A DNA stretch of 64,000 nt from an uncultured Nitrospiraceae bacterium. GTDB taxonomy: Bacteria > Nitrospirota > Thermodesulfovibrionia > Thermodesulfovibrionales > Dissulfurispiraceae. Positions 63,645 to 64,000 of this stretch are shown in pieces. The stretch spans positions 128,001 through 192,000 of the forward strand of contig CAVPIW010000012.1 in assembly GCA_963705105.1 (NCBI GenBank), written 5' to 3'. The stretch's first letter is position 1. Each line of letters opens with the position of its first letter. The notes beneath the pieces were generated by a model. That model had not been told where the DNA came from. It searched no databases and saw nothing but the letters and a program-made list of their open reading frames with translations. The position numbers were made by a program, and so were the translations under genes.

Positions 63645-64000
63645 ATGATGGAATGCAGTCGCAGGGTTTTTCTCAGGGGAATCGCTGCTTTGGGCGGTAT
63701 GGCCGCTCTTTCCGACATGGGCGCCCTGGCCCGGGCTGTCGAGAGGGCATCGGGAAAAGTCGGCGATCTGCCGGCTGAAGTCAGACACGTAAAGACGACC
63801 TGCGTGCATTGTGTCGTCTATTGCGGTATCGACGTCACCGTCAGGAACGGGGTGATCCAGGCCATATATCCTGATGCGGAGCGCGCCCCGTACTTTAATC
63901 GCGGTATATGTCCCAAAGGTGTCGCCGGTCTCTTCAACACGTATAATCCCTACCGCCTGAAGAGACCGCTCAAAAGAACCAACCCGAAGAAGGGACGCGA
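63645..64000 (+). CDS. Tat-exported molybdopterin oxidoreductase catalytic subunit (5' part)
   Basis: SRRVFL twin-arginine; CVHCVVYC..CPKG Fe-S motif; RLKRPLKRTNPKKGR. Confidence 0.88.
   Translation, partial: MMECSRRVFLRGIAALGGMAALSDMGALARAVERASGKVGDLPAEVRHVKTTCVHCVVYCGIDVTVRNGVIQAIYPDAERAPYFNRGICPKGVAGLFNTYNPYRLKRPLKRTNPKKGR

Overview
A GC-rich bacterial chromosome segment, probably from an anaerobe of the Nitrospirota/Desulfobacterota type (inferred from gene content only). Two housekeeping flanks surround an integron of about 30 kb. Left flank: nfeD, a candidate sphingolipid/ceramide operon (reductase-spt-cerS), fabF, rodZ, rnr, sixA, and a 640-aa multiheme cytochrome c that the ORF track splits at an in-frame TGA followed by a SECIS-like hairpin (candidate selenoprotein). 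Integron: intI at 42280-43593 with a divergent cassette array whose attC sites can be chained by matching R''/R' cores. It carries rsgA, ecotin, a UDG-like gene, five toxin-antitoxin-type pairs and many small unknown genes. It also holds two ORF-less group IIC-attC intron remnants, IS4, IS1634, IS256 and IS3 elements, and a 3.5-kb segment inverted between two IS4 copies (swapped target duplications). It may extend to perR-katG. Right flank: IMPase, an acyl-CoA synthetase/ACP/acyltransferase fusion, mscS, a glutaredoxin/FTR/hemW operon, cspA and the start of a Tat-exported molybdoenzyme. It also has a radical SAM/SPASM maturase (SbtM-like) whose 100-codon precursor, absent from the ORF track, has three in-frame UGA codons each followed by a similar hairpin. 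A MITE-like repeat of about 190 bp occurs seven times. Caveat: scattered single-base frameshifts and homopolymer-rich patches (mainly 28-38 kb) look like long-read errors, so pseudogene calls are tentative.
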